From: an uncultured bacterium
Lineage (GTDB): Bacteria; Fermentibacterota; Fermentibacteria; Fermentibacterales; Fermentibacteraceae
DNA length: 64,000 nucleotides
Assembly (NCBI GenBank): GCA_964569245.1
Contig: CAZMTK010000002.1
Coordinates: 25,952-89,951, forward strand
Direction: 5' to 3'
Made by a program: the position numbers and the translations under genes. Below are positions 9,333-17,289 of this stretch, in pieces. The notes under the pieces were generated by a model. The model saw only the letters and a list, made by a program, of their open reading frames with translations. It was not told the origin of the DNA and did no database searches. Position 1 is the stretch's first letter; each line of letters begins with the position of its first letter.

Positions 9333-10364
9333 ATGGGTCTCACAAGGGCGGACATCACATACCAGCTGCCGGAGGAGCTCATCGCACAGGAGCCCGCGCC
9401 GGAGAGGTCAGCCAGCAGGCTCATGGTTGTGAGGCGATCCGACCGCTCGATCCGCCACGCTGTCTTCCGAGACCTTCCGGAGTTTCTCTCGAAGGGGGAC
9501 CTGCTCGTGCTCAACGACACCAGGGTCGTTCCGGCGAGACTCAGGGGCTCGAGGAGCGACACTGGAAGCCCTGTCGAGATGCTACTGCTAGAGCGCCTAG
9601 GCGGCTCGAGGTGGCTCGCCATGATCAAGCCCTCGAGGAGGATCAGGAGCGGAGCGGCAATGGATCTTCGCGGGAGGCTGCGTGCCGCCGTCGTCGAGAG
9701 AACCGCCCCCGGGAGGGCCGTCGTCGAGCTGCGCGCCGAATCGGGCGACATCGAAGAGGCGATTCGAGCCGCCGGAGAGACTCCCCTTCCGCCCTACATC
9801 AGACGGCCTGTGCGCCCCTCGGACGAGGAGAGGTACCAGACCGTGTATGCCGCCAGCCCGGGTGCGGTTGCGGCTCCGACTGCGGGACTGCACTTCGACG
9901 CGCCCCTCTTCGCCGAGCTCGGGCGGAGGGGGGTGGGCACGGCGATGCTCACCCTCCATGTGGGCCCAGGGACTTTCGAGCCGCTCCGCAGCGACGACCT
10001 GGACACGAACGCTCTCGAGCCTGAACGGTACGAGATCGGGCCCGAATGCTGCAGGCTCCTCGAGCGGACCAGAAACTCCGGGGGGAGGATCATAGCGGTG
10101 GGCACTACGACCACGAGGGTGCTGGAATCCCTGGGACCCGGCGAGGCTCGTCCGTCCGCCGGCACAACTTCGCTCTTCATAAGACCTCCTTTCGAGTTCC
10201 GGAGGATCGACGCCCTGGTCACGAACTTCCACCTGCCGGGAAGCTCTCTCCTCTGCCTGGTGGCGGCCTTCATGGGCCTCGATCTGATGCACGGGGCCTA
10301 CCGAACTGCGGTCGCCGAGGGGTACAGATTCTACAGCTACGGCGACGCCATGCTGATTTTGTAG
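9333..10364 (+). CDS. queA: S-adenosylmethionine:tRNA ribosyltransferase-isomerase
   Basis: LPEELIAQ, LVLNDTRV, PLPPYI, YQTVYA, AAPTAGLHF, LHVGPGTF, TNFHLP, YRFYSYGDAM. Confidence 0.98.
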   Translation: MGLTRADITYQLPEELIAQEPAPERSASRLMVVRRSDRSIRHAVFRDLPEFLSKGDLLVLNDTRVVPARLRGSRSDTGSPVEMLLLERLGGSRWLAMIKPSRRIRSGAAMDLRGRLRAAVVERTAPGRAVVELRAESGDIEEAIRAAGETPLPPYIRRPVRPSDEERYQTVYAASPGAVAAPTAGLHFDAPLFAELGRRGVGTAMLTLHVGPGTFEPLRSDDLDTNALEPERYEIGPECCRLLERTRNSGGRIIAVGTTTTRVLESLGPGEARPSAGTTSLFIRPPFEFRRIDALVTNFHLPGSSLLCLVAAFMGLDLMHGAYRTAVAEGYRFYSYGDAMLIL

Positions 10365-10376
10365 TATAGGCCCATC

Positions 10377-11411
10377 ATGACCGTAACCGCGCGCTACATC
10401 GCATGGCTCCACAGCATCAAGCCCACGGCCAGGCAGCATCTCGGCCTGGCTGCGATGGAGACCGCCATCCTGCTCGCGTGGGCGATCCTTCTCGATGCGA
10501 TTCTCAGGCTCGTGACAGACGCGTTCCTCGGCGCACTGCCGGTTCTCTATACAATGGTTGCCATCCTCCTCGCATGGCTCGAGGATGCCCGCGTCTCGAG
10601 CCCTGCCGACCCTCTGACGGCGAAGGGGCTCGCGGAGGTGGACCGGCGGGGGAAGATGCCGTCGAGGTGGAGAACCCTCGTGAGGGTCCTTCTGACGGGG
10701 CCGTCCTTCATCCTGCTTCTCGCGGGGTTCTGGCCGGTTTTCAGGGGAGGGCGGTCACTCCCCGAGGTGGCGGCGGGCGTCAAGCTCGTTCCGCTGGACC
10801 CCGCTCTCGACCCGAGGCCGCTCGGGGAGATAATGACCCACAGGGCGAGGAACAGGAAGACAGTCCTGGCGTACACCATCCTCTCCCTCGTCATGGCGGC
10901 GGCGCTGGTGGTAGTCCACATGCCGCATGCCCCGCTTCTCGCGCGGCAGGACAGCCGAGCTGACGCGGGGATGACCCAGCAGGACAGGCAGCTCCTGGCC
11001 GGCTACCTCGAGCTTTCGGCCATGTTCCCCGACAGCCTCGAATTCCATGTGAGGCTGGCCAGCCTCTACTACAGGAACGGGATGGGCGCCGATCTCGCGA
11101 GAGAGCTCTGCGAGGTGGAGAGGCTCGATCCCGGCAATCCCATCCTCCTCCTGCGAGAGGACCTCGACGAGGCGCTCGAAGAGACTCTCCAGCCGCTCGA
11201 CTCCCTCCCGGAGCCAGGCCCTCTCGGGTTCGGCAGGCCGCCGAGCGTGACGCTCGACTCCCTCGACTCGGACAGCGCGGGGGCTCCCCCGGACAGCCTC
11301 GCTCTCCCGGGCTCCGACGGCACCGCCGCTCCCGCCCCCGCTCCGACACCGGAGGAGCCCGTAGGCGAGCCGACGCCCGAGCAGGCTGCCGGTCCGCCCG
11401 TAGAAGGATGA
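10377..11411 (+). CDS. membrane protein with RDD-like N-terminal region, TPR-like helix pair and Pro/Asp-rich tail
   Basis: Several hydrophobic segments; EFHVRLASLYYRNG...LDPGNP TPR-like; low-complexity acidic C-terminus; stop overlaps tgt ATG. Confidence 0.6.
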   Translation: MTVTARYIAWLHSIKPTARQHLGLAAMETAILLAWAILLDAILRLVTDAFLGALPVLYTMVAILLAWLEDARVSSPADPLTAKGLAEVDRRGKMPSRWRTLVRVLLTGPSFILLLAGFWPVFRGGRSLPEVAAGVKLVPLDPALDPRPLGEIMTHRARNRKTVLAYTILSLVMAAALVVVHMPHAPLLARQDSRADAGMTQQDRQLLAGYLELSAMFPDSLEFHVRLASLYYRNGMGADLARELCEVERLDPGNPILLLREDLDEALEETLQPLDSLPEPGPLGFGRPPSVTLDSLDSDSAGAPPDSLALPGSDGTAAPAPAPTPEEPVGEPTPEQAAGPPVEG

Positions 11412-12532
11412 CCTCGCCCTTCTTCGACCTGAAGGCCGTGAGCGGAGGGGCGAGGCTCGGCAGGCTGCGCCTTGCGCACGGCGACCTGGACACGCCGGTC
11501 TTCATGCCGGTCGGCACTCAGGGGACGGTGAAGACGGTCAGGGGAGAAGACCTCGAGCGCTCCGACTACAGGCTGATCCTCGCAAATACCTACCACCTCT
11601 ATCTGAGGCCGGGAGTGGATGTCGTCGCTGGCGCCGGCGGTCTGCACGCCTTCTCCGGCTGGGACGGAAACATCCTCACCGACAGCGGAGGCTTCCAGAT
11701 CTTCAGCCTGTCGCGCCTCAGGAGGAGCTCGGAGGAGGGCTACGAGTTCCAGAGCCACGTGGACGGATCGAGGCATCTGCTCACGCCCGAGACGGTGGTG
11801 GAGATGCAGCAGGCTTTCGGTAGCGATGTGATGATGGTCCTCGACGAATGCCTGGAGCAGCCGAGCAGCCGCGAGAAGACTCGGGCCTCGATGGAGCGCA
11901 CAGTCAGGTGGGCCGAGAGGGCGCGCAGGCTTCACCGCGGGGGAGCCCGGGCCCTGTTCGGCATCGTCCAGGGCGGCTCCTTTGCGGACCTCAGAGCCGA
12001 ATGCGCCAGGGCCGTCACCTCCCTCGGCTTCGACGGATACGCCATAGGGGGCGTCTCCGTTGGCGAGCCCCGGCCTGTCATGGAGGCGGTGGTGGAGGTC
12101 TGCACCGGGCTGCTTCCCGATGACAGGCCGCGCTATCTCATGGGGGTGGGGAGGCCCGAGGACATTGTGGACTTCGTTGCGATGGGAGTCGACATGTTCG
12201 ACTGCGTCGTGCCGACGAGGAACGCCCGGGGCGGAGGATTCTTCGTGCCGGGCGGTCACGTGAACATCCGCAACGCCCGATTCAGGGACGACTACCGCCC
12301 CGTGCAGCCGGGCTGCACGTGCTATACCTGCAAGTCGCACACCAGGGCGTATCTCAGGCACCTCTTCGTGGCTCGGGAGTGGCTGGCCCCCATACTGGCT
12401 ACGCTTCACAACCTGCACTTCTTCTCGACGCTCACCAGGGAGATCCGGGAGGCCGTCGCCGAAGACCGGTTCAGCGAGTTCAGGGCGGCATGGCATGCCA
12501 GAAGGGCCGCCTTCGACCCTTCAGCCTGGTGA
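11408..12532 (+). CDS. tgt: tRNA-guanine(34) transglycosylase
   Basis: TPVFMPVGT, NTYHLYLRPG, TDSGGFQ, GIVQGG, RYLMGVG, DMFDCVVPTR, zinc site CTCYTC...H. Confidence 0.98.
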   Translation: MTSPFFDLKAVSGGARLGRLRLAHGDLDTPVFMPVGTQGTVKTVRGEDLERSDYRLILANTYHLYLRPGVDVVAGAGGLHAFSGWDGNILTDSGGFQIFSLSRLRRSSEEGYEFQSHVDGSRHLLTPETVVEMQQAFGSDVMMVLDECLEQPSSREKTRASMERTVRWAERARRLHRGGARALFGIVQGGSFADLRAECARAVTSLGFDGYAIGGVSVGEPRPVMEAVVEVCTGLLPDDRPRYLMGVGRPEDIVDFVAMGVDMFDCVVPTRNARGGGFFVPGGHVNIRNARFRDDYRPVQPGCTCYTCKSHTRAYLRHLFVAREWLAPILATLHNLHFFSTLTREIREAVAEDRFSEFRAAWHARRAAFDPSAW

Positions 12533-13779
12533 TGCCGCAGGATTCCGAGCTCCTGAGGATCGAATCTCTGGGGAGCAGGGTCGGCGGCGTTGCCAGACCA
12601 GAAGGGCTGCCTGTGACCTTCGTCCGGGGCGCGCTCCCGGGAGAGCTGGTGCGATGCGGGATCACCTCGCTGCACGGGAGCTTCCGCATCGCAGGGCTGG
12701 TCGAGATCGTCGAGCCCTCTCCCGAGCGCACCGCACCGTTCTGCCCGATGTTCGGCACCTGCGGCGGGTGCACTCTCCAGCACCTTGCGTATGCATCGCA
12801 GCTCGAATGGAAGCGGCGATGGGTCGAATCGGCGCTCAGGAAGACCGGAGCTCGTCCGGTCGCTGTGCTGGCATCCCCCCTGTCGAAGGGCTACAGAAAC
12901 AGGGTCTCGTTCGACGTGGTCGGCGGCAGGACGGGGCTCCACATGCATGCCGGCGACCCTGTGCCGGTAGATGACTGCCCTCTCCTGAACGATCATGGCA
13001 GGCGCATCCACAGAGTCCTCTCGGGTCACGATCTCTCCTTCTGCCGCAGGGTTTCGGTACGGGCGCCCTCCTCGGGCGGAGCAGGCATGGTGGAGTTCAG
13101 AGGCGGCATGCCGCATGATGCACTTGTCCGAGCCCTTTCAGGATGCACATCGGCCTGGGAGGATGCGGACGGCGTCTGGCGGGTCGTTTCCGGAACTGGA
13201 GCGATGGTCGAGACGATCGCAGGCGTCAGGCATTCGATCCGCCCCGGCTGCTTCTTCCAGGTGAACTCCGAGGCCGCCGGCCTTCTCGCCGGGCTTGTTG
13301 CAGAGGCTATCGCCGGTTGCGGGAGAGTGCTCGACCTCTTCGGCGGTTCCGGGCTCCTCGCGCTCTCGGCAGCATCCGCGGGAGCCTCCGTGACCTCTGT
13401 CGAGTGGAATGCCGACGCCTCGGCCGCAGGCAGGGCCGCAGCCGCCGAGAACGGCTTCGAGCGCTTGGATTTCGTAACTTCCGGTGCAAGGGAGTTCCTC
13501 GCCAGGAGAGGCTCGCCCGACGCGTCCTGGGATGCTGTGATATGCGACCCGCCTCGTTCTGGCGCGGGTACTCGCGTGTCGAGGCTCGTTTCACGGCTGG
13601 GAGCTCCGAAGCTGGTCTGGGTCGGTTGCGACCCCTGGACGACCGCCCGAGATCTGATAACCTTGTCCTCGTGGTATGACGTGGAGAAGGTCGTCCCATT
13701 GGACATGTTCCCGCAGACCGACCACGTCGAGACGGTAGTGATGATGTCCAGAAGAGGCCGGGGAGGGGGTCGGGCATGA
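12532..13779 (+). CDS. TRAM-domain RNA (uracil-5)-methyltransferase, RlmD/RumA family
   Basis: CPMFGTCGGCTLQH Fe-S motif, YRNR, FFQVN, VLDLFGG, DPPRSG, DMFPQTDHVE; TGATG coupling with tgt. Confidence 0.9.
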   Translation: MPQDSELLRIESLGSRVGGVARPEGLPVTFVRGALPGELVRCGITSLHGSFRIAGLVEIVEPSPERTAPFCPMFGTCGGCTLQHLAYASQLEWKRRWVESALRKTGARPVAVLASPLSKGYRNRVSFDVVGGRTGLHMHAGDPVPVDDCPLLNDHGRRIHRVLSGHDLSFCRRVSVRAPSSGGAGMVEFRGGMPHDALVRALSGCTSAWEDADGVWRVVSGTGAMVETIAGVRHSIRPGCFFQVNSEAAGLLAGLVAEAIAGCGRVLDLFGGSGLLALSAASAGASVTSVEWNADASAAGRAAAAENGFERLDFVTSGAREFLARRGSPDASWDAVICDPPRSGAGTRVSRLVSRLGAPKLVWVGCDPWTTARDLITLSSWYDVEKVVPLDMFPQTDHVETVVMMSRRGRGGGRA

Positions 13780-15278
13780 CTCTGATTGCGGCTGTTGCGA
13801 TCCTGAGCGGTGCCGTCGGGTCGTACGAGATACCCCTCGAGGACCCTCTCGTCGGATGGCTTCTCTATCTCGAGCCGGCGGGAGTGTTCGACCAGGGCGG
13901 CGTTCTGCCCGACGGGCTGTTGGATCAGCCCTGTGACAGGGGGCTTCGCGACAGGCTCTGGTGGTCCGTGCTGGACCGCAACATCGATTTCTACCTCGCG
14001 AGCGAGGCCTGGTCCGGAAGCCGCTGGAACCGCGGCTGGAGCCCGGTGCTCGCCAGGCTTGCTTCGGCGATGGACCCGGCGACAAGGATGCTCTGCCATG
14101 CAGGGACGTCGGGCTTCATCGCCATCGGCGGGCGCGCTCTGATCGAGGGCGCAGCGCGTGATCCCGGGGAGGAGCTCCGTGCAGGCACCTCCCTGGACAT
14201 ACAGGGCGAGTTCGGGAGCTTCTCGCTCGTGGAGCGCCTGTCCGTCTGGGCGGGGTCCGACGAAGCTCCGCCCGAGGGTTTCGCTTCCTGGCACGAGGGC
14301 GACGAAGAGGGCAGGCACCTATACGTGGACAGGGGCTACGTCACCGCCGGCATCGGGAACAGGTTCTCCCTGGACTTCGGCCGCATTCCCCAGCGCTGGG
14401 GCCCGGGGCGCTTCACCAGCCTGCTGATCTCGGACAACGGACCGGCGCTGGACATGCTGCGAGTGAGGTGGCTCCCCGCCGGTTCCGTGGATTTCACCAG
14501 CTTCACCTCCGTGGTCGAGAGCGACTCCTCCACGTGGCTCACCGCCCACAGGCTCGACGTCAGGCCCTGGAACTGGCTCAGGCTGGGCTTCAGCGAAGCC
14601 GTGCTCTTCCGAAGCGACGGGCCCGACTTCGCCTACATGAACCCGATCATCCCCTGGTATCCAGTGCAGTGGAACGAGCGCGAGGACGACAACGCGATGC
14701 TCGCCTTCGACGCGACGGTGCTGCCGGCGGAGGGTTTCTGCGGCTGGGCCGAACTGCTGGTGGACGACTTCCAGTACCAGTCCGAGCACGGCAGGCCGAA
14801 CAAGATGGGGTACACCCTGGGCGTCTCGGCCGCCTTCCCGGACCACCCGGCAGGCTGCGCGCTCGAGTACACGCGGATCGACAGGTACGTGTACAGCCAG
14901 AAGCTCGAGCGGAACTACTACCTGCACGACGGGAGGATCATCGGCTCCGAGCTGGGTCCAGACGCCGACAGGCTGACCCTGGAGATAGCGGCCAGCCCGG
15001 GATGGGACCTCCTGGCCAGGGTGGGAGTCGAACACGAGAGGCAGGGCGAGGGCACCGTGGAGGAGGGCTGGCCCGACTCGTTTCCCGGGGAGACCTCCTT
15101 CCCCTCCGGCACGGTCGAGCACATAACGCGTGCCAGGGCGGGGCTCTCCGCCCGCATCCTCCCGTGGCTGGACCTCGGCGGCACCGGGATCATGATCTGG
15201 ACGAGGAATCCAGGGCATGTCGCCGGGGATTCGGAACAGTCCGTCGAGGGAATGATTTCGGTGACTGCCAGATGGTGA
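13776..15278 (+). CDS. Wzi-family outer-membrane beta-barrel (capsule assembly-like)
   Basis: Signal-like N-terminus; GRIPQRWGPG, GFSEAVLF, DNAMLAFD, ELLVDD, HDGRIIGSELGPDAD; C-terminal aromatic Trp. Confidence 0.75.
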   Translation: MTLIAAVAILSGAVGSYEIPLEDPLVGWLLYLEPAGVFDQGGVLPDGLLDQPCDRGLRDRLWWSVLDRNIDFYLASEAWSGSRWNRGWSPVLARLASAMDPATRMLCHAGTSGFIAIGGRALIEGAARDPGEELRAGTSLDIQGEFGSFSLVERLSVWAGSDEAPPEGFASWHEGDEEGRHLYVDRGYVTAGIGNRFSLDFGRIPQRWGPGRFTSLLISDNGPALDMLRVRWLPAGSVDFTSFTSVVESDSSTWLTAHRLDVRPWNWLRLGFSEAVLFRSDGPDFAYMNPIIPWYPVQWNEREDDNAMLAFDATVLPAEGFCGWAELLVDDFQYQSEHGRPNKMGYTLGVSAAFPDHPAGCALEYTRIDRYVYSQKLERNYYLHDGRIIGSELGPDADRLTLEIAASPGWDLLARVGVEHERQGEGTVEEGWPDSFPGETSFPSGTVEHITRARAGLSARILPWLDLGGTGIMIWTRNPGHVAGDSEQSVEGMISVTARW

Positions 15279-15340
15279 TGTAACCCCCGGAGGGGGCTGC
15301 CCGTCGTTTGGTATGACGGGAAAGGCACGGAGGTGGGCAG

Positions 15341-16189
15341 ATGACCGGGGGGTGGGCGAGAATGCGGGCCGTGGGTCTGGCTGCAGCGCTTCTGGCCGGC
15401 GGTTGCGTGAAGGTCAGCGAAGTCCGGGAGATGGGATGGCCGTTGGAGCAGGGCTCCACGGTCTCGGTGTGCAGCTTCAACGGAGATATCGTCCTTGCCG
15501 AGGCGGACACCGATTCGATGAAGGTCGTCGCCACGCTCTCGAGCTGGGTGGGCAGGAGCAGCTTCGACGACGTCGAGATCGCCTTTTCGCCGGGGCTGGA
15601 CGCTTCGCTCACCGCCCGGGCAATGAGTGAGGACGTGCAGGCGGGCGTCAGCCTCGTCGTGGCTGTTCCGAGGGGTACGGGCCTGGAGAGCGTCGAGACT
15701 TCGAACGGCTCCATAACCGTCGAGGGGCTCCACGGCGAAGCGAGGCTAGACACTTCCAACGGGGCGATCACTGTCGCGGGGTTCACCGGTGGAATAGTCG
15801 CGACAGCGAGCAACGGCGACATCACAGTGACCCGTCACGAGGGCAAGGTCAGGGCTGAGACCTCGAACGGCGACATCGTGATAGAGGGTGAGGGCGCCCT
15901 CCTGACAGGGGCATCGACCTCCAACGGGGAGATCGTCGCAGAGCTGTCTTCAGTGCCCGAATCGGGACTGGAGATCGAGACCAGCAATGCGGACATAGCC
16001 GTCACCCTGAAGGGCGACTTCCCGGCGGAGTTCAGGATGAGCACCTCCAACGGGACGGTCATCGTTTCGGGTGGTGGCTTCGCAAGTATCGAGCTTGACG
16101 ACGACGATGGCACCGTCGTCACGTCGGAGGGCGGCCCCGTGGTCATCCTCGACACCAGCAACGGTGACATCACCCTGGTCCGCCAGTAG
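15341..16189 (+). CDS. DUF4097-type beta-strand repeat lipoprotein
   Basis: Lipobox-like LAGGC; about 8 repeats of TSNG(D/S/A)I; alternative start at 15362. Confidence 0.85.
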   Translation: MTGGWARMRAVGLAAALLAGGCVKVSEVREMGWPLEQGSTVSVCSFNGDIVLAEADTDSMKVVATLSSWVGRSSFDDVEIAFSPGLDASLTARAMSEDVQAGVSLVVAVPRGTGLESVETSNGSITVEGLHGEARLDTSNGAITVAGFTGGIVATASNGDITVTRHEGKVRAETSNGDIVIEGEGALLTGASTSNGEIVAELSSVPESGLEIETSNADIAVTLKGDFPAEFRMSTSNGTVIVSGGGFASIELDDDDGTVVTSEGGPVVILDTSNGDITLVRQ

Positions 16190-16198
16190 AACGGACAG

Positions 16199-16327
16199 TA
16201 TCAGGTTGAAGAAACTTAAGAAACCAGAGCGATAATTGATTACCCATATGATAATGCTTATAAATAACGTTTAGTTTGAACCGGGCCAGCCGCTAACGCG
16301 GGTTTCTTAAGTTTCTTCAACCTGATA
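16199..16327. mobile_element. MITE-like element 1 (TA + 125 bp with terminal inverted repeats + TA)
   Basis: 16197-16225 AGTATCAGGTTGAAGAAACTTAAGAAACC is the exact reverse complement of 16301-16329; 75-bp AT-rich core; no ORF. Confidence 0.75.
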
Positions 16328-16948
16328 CTATCTTCCCCGGGCTCCGAAGAGTACCTTGATGGCCCCCCAGGTGCCCTCCTCCAGGCCGAGAAGATTCCCG
16401 TGGACACGGTAGAGCAGATCGCCTATGAGGGGCTCCCACTCGTTCATGTCGGGATTTCGCCAGAAGCTGTGGGGGCCGGGCGCAGCTTCGATATCCATCA
16501 CCGGAGTCGGAGAACCGTTCCAGAGGGAGTGCCTGGTGACAACCCAGAAGTCCGCGGGGACCTGGAGCGGAGGGATGTAGTCGACGAAGACCGGGGCGAA
16601 GTTGACTGCGGTTGCGCTCGTGCAGTCGATCATTTCGTCAGGCCCGGAGGATCCCCCGGACCAGACCTGCGCGGCGAAGATGCTGGTGTCCAAGGCCAGG
16701 TGGTACGATCCCGCGTGGTGGTAGAACCAGTACTCGGTCGACTGGATGAGACAACCGGTCGCCCCGGGCTGGAAGTCCTCCATGTGGTACCAGGTTGCGC
16801 TGAACTGCCTGTCGTAGGACAGCCACCATGCCGTCCCGTCGTCGTACTGCAGGACGGCATCGGTGCCATCGCACTGCACAGGGGTATCCAGCCTCACTGC
16901 AGTACTCCCCGGAATCAGGATCGAGATCATGACAAGGATCAGCGTCAT
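16328..16948 (-). CDS. secreted hypothetical protein with C-terminal TWGAIK motif
   Basis: AAGGAGG SD before the ATG at 16946-16948; hydrophobic N-terminus; LQYDDG; ends LEEGTWGAIKVLFGARGR. Confidence 0.8.
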   Translation of the reverse strand: MTLILVMISILIPGSTAVRLDTPVQCDGTDAVLQYDDGTAWWLSYDRQFSATWYHMEDFQPGATGCLIQSTEYWFYHHAGSYHLALDTSIFAAQVWSGGSSGPDEMIDCTSATAVNFAPVFVDYIPPLQVPADFWVVTRHSLWNGSPTPVMDIEAAPGPHSFWRNPDMNEWEPLIGDLLYRVHGNLLGLEEGTWGAIKVLFGARGR

Positions 16949-17002
16949 TTCGACCTCCTTTCCTTCATACATACCCATGAAGCTTACCAGGACTCACCAG
17001 CC

Positions 17003-17027
17003 CCAGATTGGAACAACTTGAAAAACC
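17003..17027. repeat. degenerate single arm of the MITE-like inverted repeat
   Basis: CCAGATTGGAACAACTTGAAAAACC matches TCAGGTTGAAGAAACTTAAGAAACC at 18/25 positions. Confidence 0.4.
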
Positions 17028-17289
17028 TGGGATGACAAGGAAGACATCAGTTTACGGAATCAACTCCCTGCGCGGGAAATGGCGGCCGAACCGCAGACGA
17101 ACATGGACGTGATCAATCAAAGCATCATCGAACAATCATATGAAGGGTTTGATCCCACATCTTCGGTCCGGGGATGTGCCAGGGACTGACCCATGTTGCG
17201 ATGCAGAATAGGGGATATTATCCTTTGAGCTGGGAATATTTCCCTGAAGAAGATATCGGCCTGCCTCTCAATCTCATCGGAGGTTCGGC

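Noticed and set aside
16197-16329. Element 1 as a simple intrinsic terminator
   Set aside because: A 75-nt loop and no U-tract do not fit; kept as MITE-like
17165-17180. sigma54 promoter upstream of the TWGAIK gene
   Set aside because: TGGCAC is present on the minus strand but there is no GC at the -12 position
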